The notes under the pieces: model-generated
What the model saw: only the letters and a program-made list of their open reading frames with translations
Databases searched by the model: none
What the model was told of the DNA's origin: nothing
From: Octopus vulgaris
Taxonomy: Eukaryota
Length of the DNA stretch: 64,000 bases
Reading direction: 5' to 3'
Assembly (NCBI GenBank): GCA_951406725.2
Contig: OX597815.1
Location: 23,374,001-23,438,000, forward strand
Translations under genes and position numbers: made by a program
In this document: piece by piece, positions 26,500-37,204 of the stretch
Layout of the letters: each line of letters starts with the position of its first letter
How positions within the stretch are numbered: the stretch's first letter is position 1

Positions 26500-27059
26500 G
26501 ATAATTTTTTATCCGTTATTGTTTTAAAGTTTTTTTACAGTGTTTCATTTTTGTATTTTTCTGTATGAACCAAACTGAAAATATATGTTATTGACAAATG
26601 AATGCCTTTATGGGGATCTGCTGAATGTTATAGAGAAGATCAGGCAAAGACAACTGTGACTATCTGGTCACTGCATACACCACCATGAACTGGAGGCATC
26701 CAAATTAGTCTTGCAGAACCAATTTCATGGTGAAGCAAGAAAAGGAAAACGTCATCACACATCAACAATTTGATTGTAGACACTGGCCTGAAATGTATCC
26801 AGGACCTTGAGGCTGTGATGATGGACTGAGAAATGTGGCTGGTAAACTTTGTTGTTGCAGCCCAGGCTGGAATTCAGCCAAAATAATAAATAAATCATGT
26901 TACTTCATGCTTCAAAAGTAAAGGATGGACAAAAACCTGTATAAAGAGAGAGAGAGAACTTATGAGGAAAATACACTAATATGTGAGCAAAATGGAAACA
27001 CTTGTGCATCATCATCATAATTTAATGCTTGTTATCCATACTGGAATGAGAAGTCAATA

Positions 27060-27810
27060 CTTCTACTTGGAGTTGTTTACTGCACCCACCCCAACAAATT
27101 ACCATCAGGACACACAACTTTGTAATATCCTCAGAACTGCCACAAGGTAAACAATCTCTTATGTTTTTATTGCAGATGACTTCAATCACCCTGAGATTGA
27201 TTGGGAAACCTCCATTGGCCGCTAAGTGCAAATGATTTCCTCGAGCTACTGCTGGACTCAAACTGGTTCCAAGTAGTCATCTCTCCAACAAGAGGTGACA
27301 AGCCTTTGGATCTTCTCTTTGCCACTACTCCTGAAATGGTTATTAGTGTTACTACTGAGGAACCTTTAGGCGACTCTGAACATGCTATGATCATTGCCAA
27401 TCTGTCCCTTTTGGGTAGCAACAAAAACCACAGCCATCTCCAAACAGCTCACTTTGATTGGAATAAAGCAGTCTGGAACTCTTACTGCACCAAGCTACAA
27501 TGCCCAAACTGGCTAGAATTTTACGACTCTGGAGATGTGAGCACTATACTTCAGAACATCCTGAATATGGACAGCATATGCGACATTGGTACCATGTAAG
27601 CACAAAAAACATCCAAAGAGTGCAAATTGGGAGACTGCAGCAGTCAGACTTGTCAGGAAAGAATGTCACAATGCTGAATGGGAATACAAACTGCATAAAT
27701 CAGATATAGATAGAAAAAAGCACAATAAATCATCCAACCATCTCAAGGAGGTGGCAAAAAGAGCAGTGCATAGCAATTGACCCTGACAGTAAGGTGTTCT
27801 GGAAATATTT
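27060..27810 (+). mobile_element. CR1/Jockey-like LINE ORF2 APE endonuclease remnant
   Basis: DDFNHPEIDW and PTRGDKPLDLLF...PLGDSEH motifs (DFN and SDH-like), frameshifted. Confidence 0.7.
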
Positions 27811-28207
27811 ATGTGTATGTATATACATATATATATATCAAATGTGAGGATAAAATTCTTTTCGAAAAAAAATATTTTCTCGAAAAAATTTTATCAATGG
27901 CCAGCATATTAAAAAATACCATTAACGGTTAAATTTATAAACAATTCATAAATGAGGGCAAAGGAAAAAATTCTAATGCCAAATATGCCGAAAAATTGGA
28001 CATATTGTCCATTAACCATATAATTTTTTCACAATACGCACACTACTCGAAAAAAGGTCGACAGAAATTTCTAAAAAATTTCATTCGGACCGATTTCAGA
28101 GTTAGCTACTAAGAGCCCTCTCTTTGTCAGTGATACATGTGGCAAAAGAAATAAATGAGATACTTACTCATATGGTTAATAGACAATATTTCGGCATATT
28201 TGGCATA

Positions 28208-28247
<40 letters not shown>

Positions 28248-28249
28248 GT

Positions 28250-28560
28250 ATAGAATTTAACATAAAATATAAATTACAAAGTGGGACAAGAACGCAAAAA
28301 CACACAAGGAGACGACACAAAAAACAGCCGGGTCACTCGAAGCCTCTAATCTTCAGTCGGGAACCGGATCATCTTAGTGATTTCGGCTGTTTAATCTCGA
28401 TATCACTCCGATCCGGCCAGCCCCAAGGAAAAACCAAGCCACAGGCATTGGATTTCTTGGAAAGAGGGTCGAACGTATACGGAACAAAGACAGGATGCCA
28501 CACGAATGTAAATACAAGAAACAAAATTATATATAAAACAAAAATAAAAATAAAAAACAC
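28250..28560 (-). repeat. Unclassified interspersed repeat; near-identical inverted copy at ~50435-50745
   Basis: ORFs 28369..28560(-) and 50220..50594(+) share FVWHPVFVPYTFDPLSKKSNACGLVF. Confidence 0.8.
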
Positions 28561-28714
28561 GAAGGTGGACAGTACAAAGGACAGGAGCGTCTTACGACTT
28601 TAGACAATTATTGACTTATCTTGGCTGGCGTACATACACTTAAATATTTGTGACCACGTGTGTATCATTGGTGATTTTCTTTCTCTGTCTTCTTTGGACC
28701 TTTCCTTTTTCTAT

Positions 28715-28750
28715 GTTTCTGATGAAGAGCTCCGCTCGAAACGTTAAATC
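28715..28750 (+). ncRNA. Minimal hammerhead-ribozyme-like motif (Penelope-type) in a repeat spanning ~28650-28850
   Basis: GTTT-CTGATGA-A-GAGC-TCC-GCTC-GAAA-CGTTA: conserved core boxes flanking a 4-bp stem II. Confidence 0.55.
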
Positions 28751-28846
28751 CTCCTTCTTTCTTTCCTTTTCTGAACCTCCAATGATACTATACTTGTTTC
28801 ACGTCCTCGTGTTGTTGTGTTTTCTCTTTGTTCATGTTTGGATTAA

Positions 28847-28881
<35 letters not shown>

Positions 28882-28883
<2 letters not shown>

Positions 28884-29733
28884 TCAATTTAGGGTAGCAA
28901 AAAATTCAATAGAAATTTATCGCTACCAGTGGTCTAGTGGGAAAGAGAAAATAGTCAAAGACTAAATATATAAAATTAAACAATTTAGGAATGGCCTTAA
29001 TAGGCCATTCGTCCACTAGAAAGAGCAGCCATAACTCAAACCGCTAAGTAGTAATTCAGAAATTAGGTGAAAATTTAAAAACGTTTACCCTAATTCATCT
29101 TTATACGATGTATTATTTCGGTGTTTTTAATGGTAAACTAGCTTAATTAAATTAAATTAAGTCAATCTACCATGGGTTACACTTCATCAGTAAAGAAACC
29201 GGGAGAGACAAATATACACGAGGCCTCTGTATCAATGCCTTCGGAATATCTGTCTTAAAATTTTCAAGACCATCGTATTCGCGCCAACTTATCAGCAGTA
29301 AATATAAACTGCCGATTCAATCTCAGAATTAGTCAGAAAATTATCAATTAATCAATTTAGGGTAGCAAAAAATTCAATAGAAATTTATCGCTACCAGCAG
29401 TCTAGTGGGAAAGAGAAAATAGTCAAAGACTAAATATATAAAATTAAACAATTTAGGAATGGCCTTAATAGGCCATTCGTAGCGATAAATTTGTATTGAA
29501 TTTTTTTGCTACCCTAAATTGATTAATTGATAATTTTCTGACTAATTCTGAGATTGAATCGGCAGTTTATATTTACTGCTGATAAGTTGGCGCGAATACG
29601 ATGGTCTTGAAAATTTTAAGACAGATATTCCGAAGGCATTGATACAGACGCCTCGTGTATATTTGTCTCTCCCGGTTTCTTTACTGATGAAGTGTAACCT
29701 ATGGTAGATTGACTTAATTTAATTTAATTAAGC

Positions 29734-29735
<2 letters not shown>
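28882..29735. repeat. Direct plus inverted repeat structure (Penelope pseudo-LTR-like)
   Basis: ~130-bp direct repeat at 28882-29011 and 29351-29480; ~255-bp inverted arms at 29139-29394 and 29479-29735. Confidence 0.85.
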
Positions 29736-29773
<38 letters not shown>

Positions 29774-29779
29774 TGTGTA

Positions 29780-30850
29780 ATACAATTTCCTCCTGAGTGA
29801 AGGGAAGATTGTATGATGCTTGTATATGAACTGCAATGCTGCATGATAGTGAGACATGGGCCCTGAATGCAGAGGGCATGCAAAAGCTGAAAAGGAATGA
29901 AGTTGGTATGCTCCACTGAGTGTGCAAGAGCGGAGACTACACTTATTTGATCCTGTGACGAGAATGAATAAGGACAGTTGCATAAAGAAGTGCTAATCAT
30001 TTAAAGTGGAATAAAGTTGTGGAAGAGGGAGACCCTGGAAGACATAGAATGAAGTATTGAAGGCTGATCTCAAAATGCTGAACCCTACAAAGGAGATGAC
30101 AGAGGACTGAGCTATGTGGCACATTGCTGTACTCAAGAAGACCATCCACCACAACAAAATTGAGTCTTAAATCCAAGGTGCCATGTAAAGAGCATTGGTG
30201 TGGGTGCTGGTACAATGTAAAAAGCACATCCGTGATGGCACCACATAAAAAGCACCTAGTACACTCTGTGGAATGGTTGGCATTTGGAAGGGCATCTAGC
30301 CATAGAAATCAAGTGAAAACAGACTATGTAACCGGGTGTGACCCCTAGCCTTGCCAGTTTCTGTCAAGCTGTCCAACCCATGCCGGCATGGAAAACAGAT
30401 ATTAAATCATCATCATTATCATCGTTTAACGTCCGTTTTCCATGCTAGCATGGGTTGGACGGTTCAACTGGGGTCTGGGAAGCTAGAAGGCTGCGCTAGG
30501 CCCAGTCTGATCTGGCAGTGTTTCTACAGCTGGATGCCCTTCCTAACGCCAACCACTCCGTGAGTGTAGTGGGTGCTTTTTACGTGCCACCTGCACAGGT
30601 GCCAGACGATGCTGGCAAACGGCCACGATCGGATGGTGCTTTTTACGTGCCACTGGTACAGGGGCCAGACAAGGCTGGCAACGGCCACAATCGGATGGTA
30701 ATTTTTACATGCCACCGGCACGGAGGCCAGTCGGGGCAGCGCTGGCAACGGCCTCGTTCGGATGGTTCTCTTACGTGCCACCGGCACTGGTATCACAGCT
30801 ACAATTTCCATTGATGTTAATCGATTTCGATTTTGATTTTGATTTGATGA
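29780..30850. mobile_element. RTE 3' fragment and tail (+, 29780-30410) tail-to-tail with an RTE-tail/SINE copy (-, 30405-30850)
   Basis: CCAACCCATGCCGGCATGGAAAACAGA on + followed by TCCGTTTTCCATGCTAGCATGGGTTGG. Confidence 0.75.
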
Positions 30851-31334
30851 TGATGATGGCGGTGACAACGATGGCGATGATGAAAGCAACAATAATGGTG
30901 ATAATGTTTTTCATTTCTATATATCAGTTGTGTCATAATCTTCAACATCAAACTGACAATTTATCATTTATTTGAATGTATAAAAATCAGTATAACAATA
31001 ATTTAATTTCTCTAGTTTGATTGTCCTAATAACTTTTGACTCTTCACAGAGCTAGCCTATGGTAAAAACTGTTCCGTGGAAGAGTGTCTTGATAAAAGGG
31101 CCCACTGTAATGAGCAACACAGGTGTGATTGTTTTGAGGTCTATTTTTGGAAACACGGAAAATGTGTAGACAGTAAGTAAACGTGTTATGATTGATTGAT
31201 TCTAGTTTCAGCTCACGAGCTGTGGCCATGCTGGGGCACTGCCATATGAGGACATTAAATTTTCTTCTTGTCAACTCTCTTTTAATTTAAGTTCAAAAAT
31301 AGAAAACCTTGAGGATATATTCCGTGTATTCTTT

Positions 31335-33330
31335 TATTCATTAACTTGTTTCAGTCATTTGACTGCTACCATGCTGGAGTACTGCCTTTTAGTCAAAGAA
31401 ATAAATCCCGGGATTTATTCTTTGTAAGCTTGGTACTTATTCTAATGGTCTCTTTTGCTGAACTGCTAAGTTACAGGGACATAAACACACCAATACTGGC
31501 CGTCAAGCAATGGTGGGGGTGAGGGGCAAACACAGACATAAAGACAACATAAATACACATGCACACACACGCACACACACACACACAGACACACACACAC
31601 ACACATACCTATGACAGGCTTCTTTTCAGTTTCTGCCCACTAAATCCACTCACAAGGCTTTGGTTGGCCTAAGGTGCCACACAGTGTGACTGAACCTGAA
31701 ACCATGTGGATGGGAAGCAAGCTTCTTACCACTTAGCCACACCTGCACTTATATGCATGTCCAAAGTGTTATTTAAAAAATAATACTAATCAGAACTGCC
31801 TGAAATTTCTTTGCCCATTACTAACCACAGGTAATGGATAGATGGTTCAAGGTAAAACCAACAAGCAGAACCACCTGTAATTACCTTTATTTCAAATTAG
31901 GAAGGGTTTAGAAATGATTTTAGGCCTTCCATGAGAATGCTGAACCTCACATGAAATAACAATCAAAACAGATAAAGTTGTTTTGCTGATCTGTTCTAAA
32001 GTTAGCATTGAACAGTCTTAAATATTGAAGGTGATGCTGAGAATATTGACGTTGATCTAAATTTGTGAGTTTTTATGTCAGGTTTTCACTGCTTATTTGT
32101 GATGTGCACTTGCATTTCAGATTATCAGTCAGTTTGCAAGAGATACCACTGCAGTCTTTAGGCTTAACCTAATTTGATAGGTTTATAGATAACTTCCATC
32201 TGCTTAATAGATCTACATAAAATCCCATATTTTTTTCAAGAATTATTATCTATCTTTTATCTTTTCACTTACTTCAGTTGTTGAACTGCAATCATGCTAG
32301 GGTACATTCTTGAAGAGTTTTAGTCAAGTAAATTGACCCCAATATTTATTTTCTTAAAAATCTGGTACTTATTTTGTTGGTCAATTTTGCGAAATTGCTA
32401 AGTTATATGGATGAAAACAAACCAACACCAGCTGTCAAACAGTGGTTGAAAAAGCAAATATAGACAACAACACACATGCACACACACACACATACACACT
32501 CACACACACACACACATATGTAACAGGTTTCCACACAGTTTCCATCTACCAAATTCACTCACAAGGTATTGGTCAACTTGGAGATATAGTAATAAACACT
32601 AACCCAAGATGCCGCACAGTAGGGCTGAACCTGAAACTATGTGGTTACAAAGAGAGCTTCTAAACCATACAGCTGTACCTGCACATCTTCATCATTTAAC
32701 GTCCATTGTCCATGCTGGCATGGGTTGGATGGCTAGACCAAAGCTGGAAAGCTGAGGAGTTGCACCAGATTCCAGTCTGATTTGGCATGGTTTCTATGGC
32801 TAGATGCCCTTCCAAACACCAGCCACTCCGAGAGTGTAATGGGTGCTTTTACATGCCACCAGCATGTGTGTCAGGTGCGTAACACCAGTATCTGCCATGA
32901 CTATGATTTGACTTGGCTTGATGAGTCTTCTACTCAAGTACAGCATATCGCCAAGGGCCTCGGTCATTTGTCTTTGCTTCCATGAGGCCCAACACCTGAC
33001 AGGTGCTTTTTATGTGCCACCAGCATGGGTGATAGTTATGTGAGATTGGCATTGGCCACAACTACGATTTCACTTGGCTTGATGTGTTTCCTCATACACA
33101 GCATATTTCCAAAGATCTTGGTCACTACTCATTGCTTCCAAGAGGCCCAATGTTTCAAGATCATGCTTCACCATCTCGTATCATGTCTTTCTGGGTCTAC
33201 CTTTACCACAAGTTCCTTCCACAGTTAGAGATCAGCACTTCTTTACACAGCTGTCTTCATCCATATGCACCACATGACCATACCAGTCGGCTCTTTTGCA
33301 TACCACATTTGATACCTCTTATGCCCACCC
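31335..33330 (-). mobile_element. Cluster of degenerate SINE A copies (31335-31748, 32255-32685) and an RTE 3' end (32690-33330)
   Basis: Similarity to 594-980 and to the RTE tail motifs. Confidence 0.65.
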
Positions 33331-33494
33331 TATGTAATTAATGATTATCTAATGATCAATCCTGTTACTTAGTCTGTATATAAGGAAATATTATTATGGA
33401 AATTTCTTTGAATTTTACCTGTATAGCCCTATTTTGTAATGTTTATTATATCAGTTTAACATGAATTTCAATAACCAAAGAATCTATATTTCAG

Positions 33495-33623
33495 AGAAAG
33501 GTTTTGATGAAAAATGTGAAGAAGGGGATCAGTGTAAGGCTCGTAATGCCTATTGTTCCACTGAAACAAAGAGATGTACTTGCTCTGACAATTACAAGCA
33601 AAGTGAAACCATCTGTGTAAAAA
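33495..33623 (+). CDS. RPTP exon: divergent 6-Cys module 4 (KGFDEKCEEGDQCKARNAYCSTETKRCTCSDNYKQSETICVK)
   Basis: TTTCAG acceptor, GTAAGT donor, 129 nt phase 1-1, same Cys pattern with a 2-residue longer loop. Confidence 0.85.
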
Positions 33624-33789
33624 GTAAGTAAAAAGTGGAGCTCTTAATCAATGTCCATGTGTTCATCAAGTATGCTTTTGTAAGGACAGCCATATAGTGC
33701 AATATAGTTGTTTAACTTGAGGCCAACCCTGATTCAACAAACTAGTGATCAATGGTATTCTAGCCATGACAAGCCTGCCTTCTTTTCAG

Positions 33790-34539
33790 GAATAATGTAC
33801 ATATACCACATTATGAGACTATGAGGTAATTTGTGTGAAATTCGGTTCCTATTTCTTGCTAATCAATCTGTATTGCTGACTTGTCGAGTAATACATTCCA
33901 TGTGTTTGTGAAAGAGACGATAAAATGAGTTTAGATTGGAATAACTGAGGACTGAAGGTTGCTTTTTATATTTTAACCAAAAAATTTAATTCTTCAAGTT
34001 CTCTTAGGAAGATGAAAGTGCATTGATCTTTGTTGGGAGGAAGGTGAGAGTGGGAGAAATGTGAGAGTAGGAGGAAGGTAAGAGTGGGAGGAAGGTGAGA
34101 GAATGCTGCTTGCAAAGCTGTGAAAAGAACAACAATTATGATGCCACTACCTACAATGGTGATGATAGTGGTTAAGATGGTGTATCATACTGTATATTAA
34201 AAAGATGATAGTGTTTCAGTATACATTACAGTATGTGTAGCATAATTTTAACTATTATTAGAGCACTAGTGTAGCTAGAGGGGAACAGAGGGGTTGTCTG
34301 CCCTGTGCAGTACTTTTATGGGTGTGGTGCCATTTTTGGGTCTGCTTTAGGCAATATGTACTTTTTGTGGCAGCCCAGGTGTGGCAGACTGAAGGGCCAC
34401 CCCGGATGGCAGATACGCTAGCTACACTATTGTATTAGAGTAGTGCATTGGTAGAGTGGCAGTACATCAGCCTTTGATATTTAGTTGCATATCTTTACGT
34501 TCTGAATTGAAATATTCCCAAGATCAGCTTTACGTTTCA
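33790..34539 (+). repeat. Dispersed copy of intronic block 11281-12042 / 19431-20192
   Basis: Colinear match from ATAATGTACATATACCACATT to CAGCTTTACGTTTCA with scattered substitutions. Confidence 0.92.
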
Positions 34540-35505
34540 GCCAGCATCTTTTCCTTTCCCACCAAATCATCACATTAGTAAAAACAATGATTTCATGACA
34601 GACTCAAAAGCAGGCCAAATAGAGGCAATGCCAGATATAAAGGAAATCAGTGTAAAAAGGAATATAGCAGAAGTATCACGAGCAACAGATATACCTGCAA
34701 ATGCGCAACCATTTAATGCACAAGGAAATTTAATATCATCAACTGTATCTTATGCTTCAGCATTACTTGCCGCACTTGAGAATGGAACAAAACTCAATGA
34801 TTCTGAACTAACAACTCCATTCAGTGCATCTCGGAATACAATGTTAATTAACACAACTGGAGAAGACACTTCTTATATATAATAATAAACATTGTGTACA
34901 GTGCTCAGGTGCACTACAACTCATCTAAAGTGTATATATAATCAGGTGTAGTTTTGGCGGATTTCGGAAAGCATGAGGGCCTTAAAGGATGCAGTGTCAT
35001 GGCAGTCAACAACTGACGCAGGCAGTTTATTCCATGCTTCAGCAACTCTGAGCGTGAAAAAATGTTTCCGAAAGTCATGGGAGCTGTGTTGTTTTCTGAC
35101 TTTGTAGGCATGTCCACGTGTGTTAGACACATGGAGATCAAAAAGGTGTTCAGTGTTGTTGTTGGTGAGGTGGTTGATAACTTTGTGGGTGTTTACCAAA
35201 TCCGTCGCCAGACGCCGGAGCTTCAGTGAATCCATGCCCAGGGAAACAAGGCGCTCAGAATATGGTAGGTGTCTGATGGAGGGTATGCGTTTGGTTGCAC
35301 GTCTCTGGACAGATTCCAGGAGGTCAATGTTCTGAGCAAGATAGGGATTCCAAACTGATGATGCGAATTCCAAGTGTTATGTAACAGCATCGACCAGTTA
35401 CACAGTTTGACACACAAACACGATCAATGAACACATCTGAAGAAACATCAACTCAATATGCAATCACAACACCTTTAATAACTACGACTACTCGTAAAGA
35501 ATTAT
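34538..35505 (+). pseudogene. Pseudo-exon: duplicate of the Ser/Thr-rich exon (1169-~1645), interrupted by a CR1-like LINE fragment
   Basis: ORF 34595..34882 is nearly identical to the start of ORF 1227..1673; stop at the insertion; homology resumes at ~35377 (TTATGTAACAGCATCGACCA) with a small deletion and a mutated donor. Confidence 0.9.
34880..35374 (-). mobile_element. CR1-like LINE 3' fragment inserted in the pseudo-exon
   Basis: ORF 34942..35373: LESVQRRATKRIP...YSERL...TRGHAYK...FFTLRVAEAWNKLP; TTAT on both sides as a possible TSD. Confidence 0.88.
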
Positions 35506-36414
35506 AATTGTTTAAGAAGGATATTACATGGATCATCTTCCATTTGATCAACTTCCATCATATCATCTTCTGTTTGATTGGAACCTTCCATAGATCATGT
35601 TTGTTGCTCCCAGCAAATTATCTCATAATTGTCTTTTATGTTATAGGTTGGTTCCTCCTTCTTTGAACTCATAGATTGCTGAGATATCTTTCAGTTTCAT
35701 GTCTCTCTTTTTCAAATTATCTTCTGCGTCTGGGACTACTTTGGTATATTAGTATTCAAATCATCTGTCTATTCTGTTTTCTTGTCAGTCTAAAGTGAAT
35801 TGGGCTTGTATGTTTGCCCAAGTGATTGGTATGCAAGGTAGCTGACGTGTTTTCTAATGTTAGTGTTATAAAATGGTTAGATCACTTGTGCCACAAATCT
35901 CCAAGAGTCTTGATCTTTCATTCTGTATTCCATAACGTACTCTCTGTCTTCATTGGAGTACCCAACATCACATTGTCCAATATATCCATTAGAGTCACCA
36001 GCCATGGCAGCAAGATCAAGAAAACTAGACATAAATATAGGTGGAAAAAAAAAATCACCTGAATTTCACATGGTATTCAATCTCACCATTATATTTTTTT
36101 CTGATCAAGTTAAATAATAGTATTCTAGATTTGTAAACTCAATAGAGATGGTCAAGACAATAATGTGTAGCGCTTGATATATTGCCATATTTAACTTTGC
36201 TCTTCTTGATTCTGACTCCAAATCTCATAGTGATTGAACTTATCATCTTTCTTATCCTCCAAGATTGATGAATAAATATATCAAGGTAATCCAGTCCTAA
36301 AAACATTTGGCCTTTTATCTAATGAAAAAAAATTACCAACATTCTAAATATCTAAATACTATAAGCCTTTATTACTGATATGTTACATAAATTGATTCTA
36401 TTCTATATTTACAG

Positions 36415-36508
36415 TTGTTTTTCCCTATTGGTGGCTTGGAATTATCATTGCTATTCTCATTCTGGTCATATTAGTTTTCATTTATTTATTCCTCCGTCAG
36501 TTGAAACA
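36415..36508 (+). CDS. RPTP exon: transmembrane helix (IVFPYWWLGIIIAILILVILVFIYLFLRQLK)
   Basis: TTTACAG acceptor, GTAAGT donor; ~21 hydrophobic residues followed by basic residues; phase 1-2. Confidence 0.88.
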
Positions 36509-36963
36509 GTAAGTATCCAATTAAATTGTAGACTTTTATCATTGCTGAATCTCATACTGTTATTTTTAAAAGTAACTAATTATAGCATAAAATACTGTGT
36601 ATGTTAAAGGATATTGTAATGTAATATTACACTCTGAATGTCATCATTATCAACATCATCATCATCATCATCATCATCATATGGTTGTTGTCCATGCTGG
36701 CATGGATGGTGGCACGTAAAAAGCACCAACCGATCGGGGCCGTTGCCAGCTTCGCCTGGCACATAAAATGCACCCACTACACTCACAGAGTGGTTGGCAT
36801 TAGGAAGGGCATCCAGCTGTAGAAACACTGCCAGATCAGACTGGGCCAGGTGCAGCCTCCTGGCTTCCCAGACCCCAGTCAAACCGTCCAGCCCATGCTA
36901 GCATGGAAAGGGGACGTTAAATGATGATGATATATATTCTGTTGTATCTGGGGAGAATCATTT

Positions 36964-37196
36964 TCTTTTTGTGCCTTATAATTTAACACACTCACCGGTA
37001 AAATTTCCACTTATTCCTTATTTTTATTTTCCTAAAATTTTCATTGTGTCTTGCAACCTTTTCAATAGTCTTGAAAATAGTCTCTTCAATAGTCTTGAAA
37101 ATGTTGCAAGACGCAATGAAAATTTTAGGAAAATAAAAATAAGGAATAAGTGGAAATTTTATCGGTGAGTGTGTTAAATTATAAGGCACAAAAAGA
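36964..37196. repeat. Near-perfect ~230-bp palindrome (foldback MITE-like)
   Basis: TCTTTTTGTGCCTTATAATTTAACAC... / ...GTGTTAAATTATAAGGCACAAAAAGA; the ORF track gives near-identical peptides on both strands. Confidence 0.9.
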
Positions 37197-37204
37197 TAGC
37201 ATGC

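Noticed and set aside
27176-27599. Good-looking acceptor (TTTTTATTGCAG) and a 132-aa ORF as a possible extra exon
   Set aside because: Translates as a frameshifted LINE APE endonuclease remnant with an early stop.
28085-28135. Minus-strand CTGACAA...GAAA hammerhead-like motif
   Set aside because: Core is mutated and stem I does not pair; at best a decayed relic.
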